Virus record (IMG/VR): IMGVR_UViG_3300037470_000672
Span: 64,001-128,000 of that record
Direction: 5' to 3' (one strand)
Source: a virus
Length of the DNA: 64,000 nucleotides
Positions 55,148 to 63,651 of this stretch are shown here, in pieces. The notes beneath the pieces were generated by a model. The model saw nothing but the letters and a program-made list of their open reading frames with translations, made no database searches and was not told where the DNA came from. The position numbers and the translations under genes are program-made. How positions within the stretch are numbered: position 1 is the first letter of the stretch; each line of letters opens with the position of its first letter.

Positions 55148-55719
55148 GGCGCGATCCTACGCTCCGGCGTGAACTCGGTCCGCCTCTTGACCGTGAGCCG
55201 GAAATTGACAAAGGCAGCTTCGTTGTTGACGTGCCCATCGCTGTCGACGTTTTCGACGTCGAAGGCGAACTTTCGACCGGGTACCGGTGCATGATCGACA
55301 CCTTCCTCATTGAAGAAGGGTATGTCCCAAACCTGAACCACATCCCCTACGAGAGGGACGCGCATGCCGGCGGCCTCCACAATGGAGCGGGGAATGGTGA
55401 TGATGGCATCCCATTCGGCGCGCTGACCTTGTTCGATGGTTTCGCGGATAGGCTCAGGTTTGTCGAAGGAACCCTTGAGCTTGTAGGGACCTATCCAGAC
55501 AATGTGGACCGGCTCATCATAGAGCGGATCGCGCTTGGACCGCTCCATGTCGCGCACGAAGTACAGTATCTCCGTCCCCGAGATGGTCGCGCTGTGCTCG
55601 GTGGCGTAGGTGTCAAACAAAAGACGCTCGACCTGAGCAGCCAAGGACAAGTCGAACGAGCCTTTGCAGGGCTCGCAAAAGCTGGTGGTAGGGAACGGCT
55701 CCAGTTTACCCTTGGTCAT
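55144..55719 (-). CDS. gp14: Neck/head-closure protein
   Basis: GTEILYF..D...RDPLYDE...P..GDVV; follows gp13. Confidence 0.7.
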   Translation of the reverse strand: MTKGKLEPFPTTSFCEPCKGSFDLSLAAQVERLLFDTYATEHSATISGTEILYFVRDMERSKRDPLYDEPVHIVWIGPYKLKGSFDKPEPIRETIEQGQRAEWDAIITIPRSIVEAAGMRVPLVGDVVQVWDIPFFNEEGVDHAPVPGRKFAFDVENVDSDGHVNNEAAFVNFRLTVKRRTEFTPERRIAP

Positions 55720-55738
55720 GCGGCCTACCCATCACCCC

Positions 55739-56485
55739 TTAACCTGTCAGGAAACCAAGCGGGAAGCCGCTGTCAAAAATCTCCTCTTCCAACCGATCTC
55801 GCTCCTCTTGGGCTTGCTCGTACAGCCGGTCTGCGTTGAGCGTGAGCGTACCTTGCGCGGAGGGGTATGCATCGTACTTGCCGCGCACCAGGGACAACGT
55901 TCCCTTGGCTTCGGCCAGTGCTTTGCGTCTGATCAGATCGTGGTCTCGGAACTTCAGGTGCTCCAGGGTGACGCAGTTGGGTTTGTAGAAGATGACCGCC
56001 TTTAACGGGTTGGAACCCAACGCATCAGAGCTGATCCTATAGACGAGAAAGTAGCTGCGCTCGCCTCGTACCACCTCCCATTCAGGCTCTACCGAGATGA
56101 TGCGCTTGGCCATCTCAATGTACTGAAGAGACTGCACGAACGAACTGTAGAGCCCTCCTCCGCGTGGGTTGGCGAAGACGTCGTACGGGATCTTATCCAC
56201 GAACGCGAACGGACTGAAAATTGTCGCGAAGTCCAATTCCCGCTCGGCGAACACCACCTCGAAGACAGTGTCAACGTCATCGGGTAGCTCGACGCGCGTT
56301 TCGTTCGGGATCAAGTCTTTCTCTAAGACCCTTTCGATACCCTTCTTGGCGATGAACCACTCGATGGCGTCATCGATGGCGTCGTCGAGCTGCTCCTGTG
56401 ACAACTCGACACAGATCAGTGGCCCTCCGAGCTTGCGAAGAAGCCACTGTTCCAGCTCTGCTCGGGTCATCAGCCGCTGGGCCAC
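55739..56485 (-). CDS. gp13: Neck/head-tail adaptor protein
   Basis: LRKLGGPLICVELSQEQLDDAIDDAIEWF...RGKY....G.LTLNAD.LY.QA.EE. Confidence 0.85.
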   Translation of the reverse strand: MAQRLMTRAELEQWLLRKLGGPLICVELSQEQLDDAIDDAIEWFIAKKGIERVLEKDLIPNETRVELPDDVDTVFEVVFAERELDFATIFSPFAFVDKIPYDVFANPRGGGLYSSFVQSLQYIEMAKRIISVEPEWEVVRGERSYFLVYRISSDALGSNPLKAVIFYKPNCVTLEHLKFRDHDLIRRKALAEAKGTLSLVRGKYDAYPSAQGTLTLNADRLYEQAQEERDRLEEEIFDSGFPLGFLTG

Positions 56486-56495
56486 AAGCTCTCCT

Positions 56496-56520
56496 GTCTC
56501 GGAATTTCAAAGATCCGAAC
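56496..56520 (-). repeat. Hairpin-repeat copy directly abutting the gp13 RBS
   Basis: 24/25 identity to 14527 copy; followed immediately by AGGAG. Confidence 0.9.
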
Positions 56521-56558
56521 GCTCTTCTGTGCATCCTTTCATCGCTGGGACGACGGGA

Positions 56559-57098
56559 TCAACTCTCCTCGACGTCGAACATCACCTTCAGCAGGTACGC
56601 CCGCAGCTCACCGACGAGTCGGACTTCGGCAGGGATCTCGATCTTGGCGGCGTCCGCCACCGCCTTCAGGTCTTTGCCCGTCATCCCCATCAGGCTGTCC
56701 GCCGTGAGCGCAGATTCCTCAGCCTGCTGTTCTTCTTGCTGCTCTTCCTGCTTCTCGACTTGCTGCTCTTTCGCCCCCTGAGCCTCTGCGTCACCCGCTG
56801 CCTTCTCTTCCTCGCGCGTCTGCGTGACCGGGTCTTCTTGGGGCGGCACAGGGGTCGCGGAGGGGGTAGATGACGCAGCCAGGTCGGGCTCGGTCTTCTT
56901 CGCAGGAGGTGACAGCGCAGGGATCACACGCACGATGGACGGAGCGGGCGGTGTGAACGGCACGAGGAGCTTTCCACCGGCCGGAGTCGCGAACTTCGCC
57001 CACTGCTCGCCAATGAGCACGGCGCCGTCTCGGACGCGACCGTAGCCGGGGACAAACGCCTGCTGGACGTCAGGATTCTTGGTGTACTGATGTTCCAT
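56559..57098 (-). CDS. Protein with low-complexity linker and C-terminal HeH/Rho-N-like module
   Basis: LTADSLMGMTGKDLKAVADAAKIEI...ELRAYLL. Confidence 0.55.
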   Translation of the reverse strand: MEHQYTKNPDVQQAFVPGYGRVRDGAVLIGEQWAKFATPAGGKLLVPFTPPAPSIVRVIPALSPPAKKTEPDLAASSTPSATPVPPQEDPVTQTREEEKAAGDAEAQGAKEQQVEKQEEQQEEQQAEESALTADSLMGMTGKDLKAVADAAKIEIPAEVRLVGELRAYLLKVMFDVEES

Positions 57099-57363
57099 TT
57101 GACGATGTCTCCTGTTTCTCGTGGGGAACAGCGGCCAGGTCTTCCAAGCCCTGGGCGAGGGCCTTCAGTTCTGCGAGTTGGCCCTCGATGAAGAGTACCT
57201 TCTGCTGGATGCGAAGCGCCACTTGTCGGACGAGTTGGCGGTCTTCATCGGGGAGAGGAGCGGGCGGCGTCTTGCTACGCATCTTCGCGGCCTCGCCCAG
57301 GGAGGGCGCGTTCAGGGCGCCGATGGCGTTCAGCTCGCGCTCGATCTCTTCGGGGGTGGGCAT
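57070..57363 (-). CDS. Hypothetical coiled-coil protein
   Basis: 97 aa, AAGGAG RBS. Confidence 0.6.
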   Translation of the reverse strand: MPTPEEIERELNAIGALNAPSLGEAAKMRSKTPPAPLPDEDRQLVRQVALRIQQKVLFIEGQLAELKALAQGLEDLAAVPHEKQETSSNGTSVHQES

Positions 57364-57402
57364 GAGGAGGCTCCTTGGTCCGACATCCTGGGGCTGGGAA
57401 AC

Positions 57403-57431
57403 AGAGTAGCGCGGGGAGAACGAAGAACCAA
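57403..57431 (-). promoter_or_regulatory. Sigma70-like promoter TTGGTT-17-TACTCT
   Basis: Intergenic downstream of the homing endonuclease; exact 17-nt spacing, weak consensus. Confidence 0.35.
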
Positions 57432-57443
57432 CCGCCTACTACT

Positions 57444-58472
57444 TCAAACCACATTGGCGAGGACAGAACCCTTTCGGCGCTTGAGGCGCAAGAATTTACG
57501 CTCTAGCCGCAATCCGGGAGCGGTGCCCGTATAGAGCCTACGAGCAACAAGGTCACGAGCGTCACCATTGAACCACACGGTGCGGGCACTGATATAACGT
57601 TCTCTGTCGTCGGTCTCCCACTCGACTTCCTGAATATGCCCTGGTTTCTCGCCGATGAAGTCAAGCAGCCAGTCTAAGAAGAAAGGAGACCCAGATGTAA
57701 ACGCCAATGAGTTACCACGTTTGTTAGCGTGACCGTCCCCATCAAAGCAACCCCGGAGAAAGTGCCATAACAGAGTATCGTCTCGAATCTTTGGCGGCTT
57801 CAGTGTTAGAGATTTTGCCGGGGTTATGCTGTAGTACCTTTCCAGGGCCTCTACCCAATCGACACTACACACATCCAACCAGCTATACACACGACCTGTG
57901 TTGTTGGGTTTGTCCCTTATGGGCTGGTCTAGGGTAGCGAACAGCTTGAGACTTTCGAGAATGCAGCGGTCCTTTGGGTGTACTCCAAAGGCTACAGATC
58001 TACGATTTTGCGGGACACACCCATCGGCTGCCACGAAGCCGGCGAAGTACGCAGAAACTGGGGTAGGGGTGCGAAAGAAGTCCCGATCGCACTCGGTATA
58101 CTTTGCGTACACCCGATCGGGTTTCGCTTCTCGTCCGCTGCGTCGGACGGCTTCTTGGATCCGGCCGAACGAGACCCCAAAGATCGCCCCCACCTCCGCC
58201 ATGGTCATTTTCTCGTTTGCGAAGTACATCTCGACCGCGGCGTCTGTGTCAAAAGTTGGCGGACTCGCTTCGCGATGAGAACGCGTTCGGACGCCTCGCT
58301 CCCGTAATATCTGACTCACACGCCCTTGGCTTACCCCAAACTCGGCCGCAAGTTGCGCCTGGGTCAGGTTTTTTCCTTCAGCAAGGGCCTGCGTATAGCG
58401 GTCAACCACGGCCTGGGCCGAGTGGATACGACCTCGTGGTTTGAGGTCTTTACGTCCTTTTGGCCTTCCCAT
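57444..58472 (-). mobile_element. Free-standing LAGLIDADG homing endonuclease with N-terminal HTH repeats
   Basis: YFAGFVAADG and HFLRGCFDGDG motifs; two HTH segments; visibly lower GC than flanks. Confidence 0.9.
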
Positions 58473-58480
58473 AGTCGGGC

Positions 58481-58509
58481 ATAGTAGTACATCAGAAGAA
58501 GAACGTAAA
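58481..58509 (-). promoter_or_regulatory. Sigma70-like promoter TTTACG-17-TACTAT for the endonuclease
   Basis: -10 ends 9 nt before ATG; -35 abuts terminator. Confidence 0.45.
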
Positions 58510-58539
58510 GAAAAGGGCGACCTTAGGCCGCCCTTTTCT
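58509..58539 (-). terminator. Intrinsic terminator after capsid gene
   Basis: AGAAAAGGGCG / CGCCCTTTTCT inverted repeat followed by T-rich tract on minus strand. Confidence 0.85.
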
Positions 58540-58558
58540 CAAGCTATCTCTAGCGCGG

Positions 58559-60082
58559 CTAGAGATTTTGCACCCTGATCTGACCGTAGTAGTCAGGGCG
58601 GAGGAGCTTCTTCGCGTACCGGGTCCGCAGACCCTTCCTGAAGCTGAAGTCACTCGGATCCAGGAATGTTGGGGTGACCTGGAGCGGGATGTAGGGCGCC
58701 CACACGAAGCCGGCTTCCAGGAAGTGCATGCCCTTGAGCCCCACCAGCATCTGGTCGGTGCTGAAGAACGGGTCCTCGTAGACGCGCCACTTGTTCATCA
58801 TGGTGCCGGTCCGGTAGATGCCGAACTGACCGTGGGTACCCATGGGGCGCGGCAGATCGACCGGAGCGTCGATGGCCATGCCTGCTGAGTACAGGGGCTT
58901 GAAGTCGCCGTGCGTGGTGAGTTGGGCGAACAGGGCCGAGACCTCGGGCGAGGTCACGATGAAGTTCGCCGGCTGCCGCAGGGTCTTCTTGTGGATGGTG
59001 TTGGCCACGGTCGAGATGACCGTGATCATGGATCGCAGGTGGTCGTGCTCAGTGATGCCAGCGGGTACGGCGCGGTCGAAGACGCCGGTGGTCCCGGTGC
59101 TGTTCTGGAACAGCTCCTGGATGATCTCGCGGTCAATCTCCAAGGAGATCTCTTGCGCCACCGCCGAGACCAACTCGGTCTCCGCATCGATGCCGTGGAA
59201 GGCCCGGAGGTCTTCCGCAGCCTCACTGCTCCACAACGCCTTGAGGCGGCGCGGGACCGCTTCGACGGGCGCCTTGCGGACGTCCAGGTTCACCTGCGGG
59301 ATCTTGGTGTTCAGCTCGCCGTCGTAGAAGTAGAACACCTTGATCGAGTTGCCCGCTACCGGCGCAACCGTGAACAGGAACCCGGTGAGCGAGCCGTTGG
59401 CGTAGTTGAGCGAACCGGCGGTCACGTCGCCCGTGAACCCACCCGCGCCGTTGTCCACTGCTTCCTGCACAGTCGCGCCCGCCGAATCCAGCTCGCGGAC
59501 GGTGACCGAGAAGCCGCGCTCTGCGTTGAGCGGACGGACCGGCGTGAAGCCGAGGTTGACGTCCAGACCGGTGCCCACACCACCGAAGGCTGCGCCGTCC
59601 CCCACCGCGGCGATTTCACCGTCGATGAACTCGGACGAGTAGTCGCGGTTGAAGTCGCGTGGGAAGACGTTACCTGCGGTCGTCGACCCCTTGGTCGTGC
59701 CGTAGATGTAGTCCAGGAAGAAGACGGCGCCGATCGGCGCAGTCATTGGTTGGACAGACACCAGCTCGTGCGCGATGAGGTTGGGAAACACCCTCCGCAA
59801 GATCGGGAAGATGTACTTGGTGAACGGGCCGACGTTGCCACCGCGCGTCTCCTCGTCGATCAGGCGCATGGTCTGTGCATCGACGCCGCGGAGGTGCTGG
59901 GACTGGTTCTCCATGAGCATCGCGGTGAGGCCGAGCACGTACCGCTGCTGCTCGCTGCGATCCGGGATGCCCTCCAGCAGCGCTCCCCACTTGTTGATGC
60001 ACTGATTCACGTAGCCCCGTGCGAGGACCGTACCCTGACGATCCTCCCCCGGGACGCCTTCGACCATCTGTCGCGCTTCCAT
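58559..60082 (-). CDS. gp23: Major capsid protein, T4 gp23 family
   Basis: KWGALLEG, LIAHELVSVQPMTAPIGAVF, RRLKALWS.EAAEDL..HGIDAE.EL, EIDREII, PYIPLQ. Confidence 0.97.
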   Translation of the reverse strand: MEARQMVEGVPGEDRQGTVLARGYVNQCINKWGALLEGIPDRSEQQRYVLGLTAMLMENQSQHLRGVDAQTMRLIDEETRGGNVGPFTKYIFPILRRVFPNLIAHELVSVQPMTAPIGAVFFLDYIYGTTKGSTTAGNVFPRDFNRDYSSEFIDGEIAAVGDGAAFGGVGTGLDVNLGFTPVRPLNAERGFSVTVRELDSAGATVQEAVDNGAGGFTGDVTAGSLNYANGSLTGFLFTVAPVAGNSIKVFYFYDGELNTKIPQVNLDVRKAPVEAVPRRLKALWSSEAAEDLRAFHGIDAETELVSAVAQEISLEIDREIIQELFQNSTGTTGVFDRAVPAGITEHDHLRSMITVISTVANTIHKKTLRQPANFIVTSPEVSALFAQLTTHGDFKPLYSAGMAIDAPVDLPRPMGTHGQFGIYRTGTMMNKWRVYEDPFFSTDQMLVGLKGMHFLEAGFVWAPYIPLQVTPTFLDPSDFSFRKGLRTRYAKKLLRPDYYGQIRVQNL

Positions 60083-60137
60083 TGTTTCTACTCCTCAGAG
60101 GGGTTTTTGTGGGAGGGGATCTCCCGGGGGTGGCCTG

Positions 60138-61928
60138 CTACGAGGCCGACAGTCGCTTGATTTCATCGAGAGAAAGGCCGGTGCCGTTGTAACTCGCCCC
60201 GGATCGAGCGTCGCTGCTTGCGTGAGCTTCCATCACCGGTTCGTTCGGGTTGGAAATGTCGTAGTCCAATCCGCCCGTACGGGCGGATTGGGGCAGTTGG
60301 GGCGCCGGCTCGACATGGCTGACGGAGTTGGAGCCTGCCAAAGCGCGCACACGGGCACGGATGGCATCGACCTGGTCCGATTCGGACATCGGGCGGCGGA
60401 ACTGGTCCAACACCTGATCCACTTCCGCTCGGTTGGTCGGCGGGTTCTCCTCGAAGTGGCTGACCATCTCCGCACGGCGGGGGTGGTGACGAAGTCGCTC
60501 GGCGATGTAGGCGTCGATCGCTTGGGCCTTGTTGAGAGTTACCGACTTCTCCAACGCCTCTTTGAGCTGGGTCATCTGCGTTTCGAGGGCCTGAACTCGC
60601 CGATCGGACTCAGACTTGACCTTGTTCATCTCCTTCTGCCGCGCGTCCTCTTGTGCCTTCTTCTCGGCCGCGCGGCGATCCAGCTCTTCTTGGACAGCGG
60701 AGACCTTGGTGGCGATCTCTTCAACAGATCCGTAGCTCGCCACGTCACCGACGATGCTGCGGATCAGATCGGCGTCGGCGCTCCCTTGAAGCTGTTGCTC
60801 CAGATAGAAGCGGTAGCCTGCCTTCTTGGCCATCGCTGCGAGCTTGTTGACCTGGTCTTCGAGCTGGACCTTCTCCTTGGAAAAGGAGCTGCGCTCGGTC
60901 GCGAGCTGGCCTTCCAGCTTGTCGATGCGGTCTTCGAGCTTGGCGACGACCGATTCCTCATCCTCGGAGAGGACGTAGGGTCGGATGACGGTCTTGATCT
61001 GTTCGACCGCCTTCATCGCGCCAGCCAACTTCGGATCGGAGAGCATGTCACCACGAACCTGCTCGGCAATCTGCTCTTTGGCGTCGACGATCTGCTGGGT
61101 CACCTTCTCGGTGACCTGTTTGACCGCCTCGTCCTTGCCCTTTTCGCGCCCGGCCTCTTCGGCTTGGAGGACGCGCTTCTCGGCATCCTCGGTGAGCTTG
61201 GCGAGTAGGGCATCTTTTTCGGCGAGCTGCTCTTGCATCTCTCGGGTCGCCTGGGCCGAGATGGCTTCAAACAGCTCGGGATGCTGTTCCTTGAGCTGCT
61301 CCTCGGTGAGGTCTTGGATCTCCATACTCAGGTTCCCCTTGTTCTCTTGGAAGGATTCTGGCCACGCATCGCGGTCTGCTGGATCGGCGACGGCGTCGAA
61401 GGTGACCAACCGGAAGCCGGGTTGGACTACAGATTCACCTTGCGCGTTGGTCCGTGTTGCGCCGAAGCCTCTGGAAGAAACACCGACCTGACAACCTGCT
61501 TCGACGATGGCTTTGAGGTTCTGTCCGCGCGCGGTGTTGAGAATCTCTGCTTCACCGTACATCACACCATCAGGTTGAAGGTCCAACTTTGTGATAACGT
61601 GAGAAATACGGTTGAGGCTTGTACGACCATCCAACGGATGGTCGGCTTCCCCGAATACACGACGCTGTTCAATCAGAGGTTGGAGGCGCTTCAGCTCCTC
61701 CGCTACGAGATTGCGCGGGTATAGGCGCTTGTTTTCGGTGGCCCGATCAGCGCGACCGAACTCACCCTTAAGGATCCACTTCTTCGGCGCACCCTCTACG
61801 ACTTCACGCTCTTCAACGACCAGAGGTGTCGACGGGTAGTAGACCCCTTCGATGAGACCCACCTGTCCCTGCGTGTCCTCCAAGAGGGCGCGACCGATTT
61901 TTTTGGCTGGGGTAGGGGGTGTACTCAT
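60138..61928 (-). CDS. gp21: Prohead protease (gp21-like) fused to coiled-coil scaffold
   Basis: NKRLYP, GEADHP, ISHVIT, GVSSRGFG, TFDAVADP; C-terminal ~400 aa charged helical. Confidence 0.9.
   Translation of the reverse strand: MSTPPTPAKKIGRALLEDTQGQVGLIEGVYYPSTPLVVEEREVVEGAPKKWILKGEFGRADRATENKRLYPRNLVAEELKRLQPLIEQRRVFGEADHPLDGRTSLNRISHVITKLDLQPDGVMYGEAEILNTARGQNLKAIVEAGCQVGVSSRGFGATRTNAQGESVVQPGFRLVTFDAVADPADRDAWPESFQENKGNLSMEIQDLTEEQLKEQHPELFEAISAQATREMQEQLAEKDALLAKLTEDAEKRVLQAEEAGREKGKDEAVKQVTEKVTQQIVDAKEQIAEQVRGDMLSDPKLAGAMKAVEQIKTVIRPYVLSEDEESVVAKLEDRIDKLEGQLATERSSFSKEKVQLEDQVNKLAAMAKKAGYRFYLEQQLQGSADADLIRSIVGDVASYGSVEEIATKVSAVQEELDRRAAEKKAQEDARQKEMNKVKSESDRRVQALETQMTQLKEALEKSVTLNKAQAIDAYIAERLRHHPRRAEMVSHFEENPPTNRAEVDQVLDQFRRPMSESDQVDAIRARVRALAGSNSVSHVEPAPQLPQSARTGGLDYDISNPNEPVMEAHASSDARSGASYNGTGLSLDEIKRLSAS
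60266..60291. repeat. Palindrome family copy 3 (26-bp perfect palindrome)
   Basis: CCAATCCGCCCGTACGGGCGGATTGG equals its reverse complement; inside scaffold CDS, ~185 nt upstream of capsid start. Confidence 0.9.
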
Positions 61929-62110
61929 CGTTCTCGTTTCCAGAACTTGGCTTTGAAGGGACCTCGATCGAGGATGCTGGGCTTCTTCTTGACTTCGCGC
62001 TTCTTCGGTTTGAGCCCCGTCATCAGGTCGCTGACTCCAAGAATCTCCCGCCAGGTACTACGGTAGGCGGTCCGTCGCTTTCGATGACCACCATAACCCT
62101 CGTGGATCAC
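61925..62110 (-). CDS. Small basic head-module protein
   Basis: GTG overlaps upstream TGA (GTGA); 61 aa; KPKKREVKKK. Confidence 0.55.
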   Translation of the reverse strand: MIHEGYGGHRKRRTAYRSTWREILGVSDLMTGLKPKKREVKKKPSILDRGPFKAKFWKRER

Positions 62111-63651
62111 TGCGGTCCTGGCTTGCCCTTCTCTTTCGCAGCCCACTGGGCCATCTTCTTGGCGCCGTACTTCTTCTGTCCGATGGCCGCCGCCACCGCT
62201 TTGGGATCTTGGATGTCGGGGCGCTTCTCCAACTCCTTCGCCAGGGCGGCGAAGCGACCCCCCTTTCCCGTCTCGGAATTCCAAGGATCCGAGCGTCCTT
62301 TCAACCCAAAAGGGGCCTTCTCAGCTTCCATGACGGCCTCCTCGGGGAGAAGGTGCTCGTAGCAGGCTGCGAGAAAGGTGATGTCGTTGTCGTCGATGGA
62401 TTCCTTCTTGTAGCCGTTCTTCTTTGCGGCCTTCATCCCCTTGACGACCTTCATCGCCTCATCGCCGGGCATGTTGGCGAGCTTCACACCCATCTCAACC
62501 ATACCTTGCACAGCGTCCAGGGTGTCATCCTCGGACATGGTCGCCATGCCGACGAGCTTGTTCTTAAGACCCCTCACGTATGCCGGGATGTCGTCATCGG
62601 AGAGCGACTCCAGCTTGACGGCGACGCCCTTCATGAGGGCCAAAGCGTCATCGTCCGACAGTCCTTCGAGCGCGCTTGCGGCAAGCGCGATGACAGCCAG
62701 GTCTGAACCCTCAACCTGGTCCTCCTCCTCCGAGTCGGCGAAGAGGCTCACGTCTTCGATGAGGTCGTCGTAAATCTCCAACATCTCCAGAAACGTGCTG
62801 AAGAAGAGCTTGAAGTCCTCTTCAAATTCCGCCGCGTCGGTGTCGCCCAACTCGTACTCATGCAACGTCTCTGCATAGTCAGCAGCGGTCTCGGCCAGGG
62901 CGTTGACGGCCTGGCAGAACTCGATGACGCCTTCGCGGATCTCGTCATCCCCCTCCTCATCGAAGAGGTCTGCCTCGACCATCTCGGCGAGGGTCTCCTC
63001 GACCGGGACGAGTTGATGGGCAAGATCGTTGGCAGCCAGCGAGAGCGACGCGAACGCCTGCGTGTTCTCCAACACCTTGGGCGCGAGCGAGACCTTACCG
63101 GCTGCCTCCATCAGATCGTTGAGATCGGCGATCAACGCCGTCAGCGCATCCGCCTCCACCCCTTCCTGTGCAGGCGACGGACGGCGCAACGTGATGCGCT
63201 TGACACCTGACTTGCGCAGGTGGCCGAGGCGGGACTGCGCTCGCTTGTAGAGGCGCTTGAAGCGTCGGCCCGCGGCCGATCGGCGCCACTTCTTGACCAT
63301 GCGCTTCTTGACGGCCTTGACACGGCGGTACTTGCGACGGGCGAGACGTCGTTCACGACGAATCTCAGCGCCGCGCTCCTGTCGCATAATACGTGCGGCT
63401 TGCTCAGACAAGTCCGCCAACTGGTCGTCGTCCAGATCTGCTTGGTCGAGAAGCCGGGAGATCTCCGCCGCGACGCGCGCCACGTCCAGATCGACCACTT
63501 CTGCTGGGTGAGGGTCTTCCTGACGAGTGGAGTCCTCCACGATAGGAGCAGACGGCGGGGGGTTGACGATTCGCTGCACCCTTTCATCATCGCGTACCAA
63601 CCCGATGAGGGCGAAGTCTTCGGCAAGAGAAGAGAGCTTGGGCTGGGTCAC
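62107..63651 (-). CDS. Prohead core protein (gp68-like basic segment plus acidic domain; start revised)
   Basis: GGAGG RBS before GTG 63651; RRERRLARRKYRR...KWRR basic run; C-terminal GGRFAAL...AAAIGQKKYG module. Confidence 0.65.
   Translation of the reverse strand: MTQPKLSSLAEDFALIGLVRDDERVQRIVNPPPSAPIVEDSTRQEDPHPAEVVDLDVARVAAEISRLLDQADLDDDQLADLSEQAARIMRQERGAEIRRERRLARRKYRRVKAVKKRMVKKWRRSAAGRRFKRLYKRAQSRLGHLRKSGVKRITLRRPSPAQEGVEADALTALIADLNDLMEAAGKVSLAPKVLENTQAFASLSLAANDLAHQLVPVEETLAEMVEADLFDEEGDDEIREGVIEFCQAVNALAETAADYAETLHEYELGDTDAAEFEEDFKLFFSTFLEMLEIYDDLIEDVSLFADSEEEDQVEGSDLAVIALAASALEGLSDDDALALMKGVAVKLESLSDDDIPAYVRGLKNKLVGMATMSEDDTLDAVQGMVEMGVKLANMPGDEAMKVVKGMKAAKKNGYKKESIDDNDITFLAACYEHLLPEEAVMEAEKAPFGLKGRSDPWNSETGKGGRFAALAKELEKRPDIQDPKAVAAAIGQKKYGAKKMAQWAAKEKGKPGPQ
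62270..62305 (-). repeat. Hairpin-repeat copy inside core-protein CDS
   Basis: 32/36 identity to 14527-14562. Confidence 0.9.

Noticed and set aside
57444-58472. Group I intron or intein hosting the LAGLIDADG ORF
   Set aside because: Flanking genes are complete, the ORF has its own start and stop, and no splice-junction residues are present
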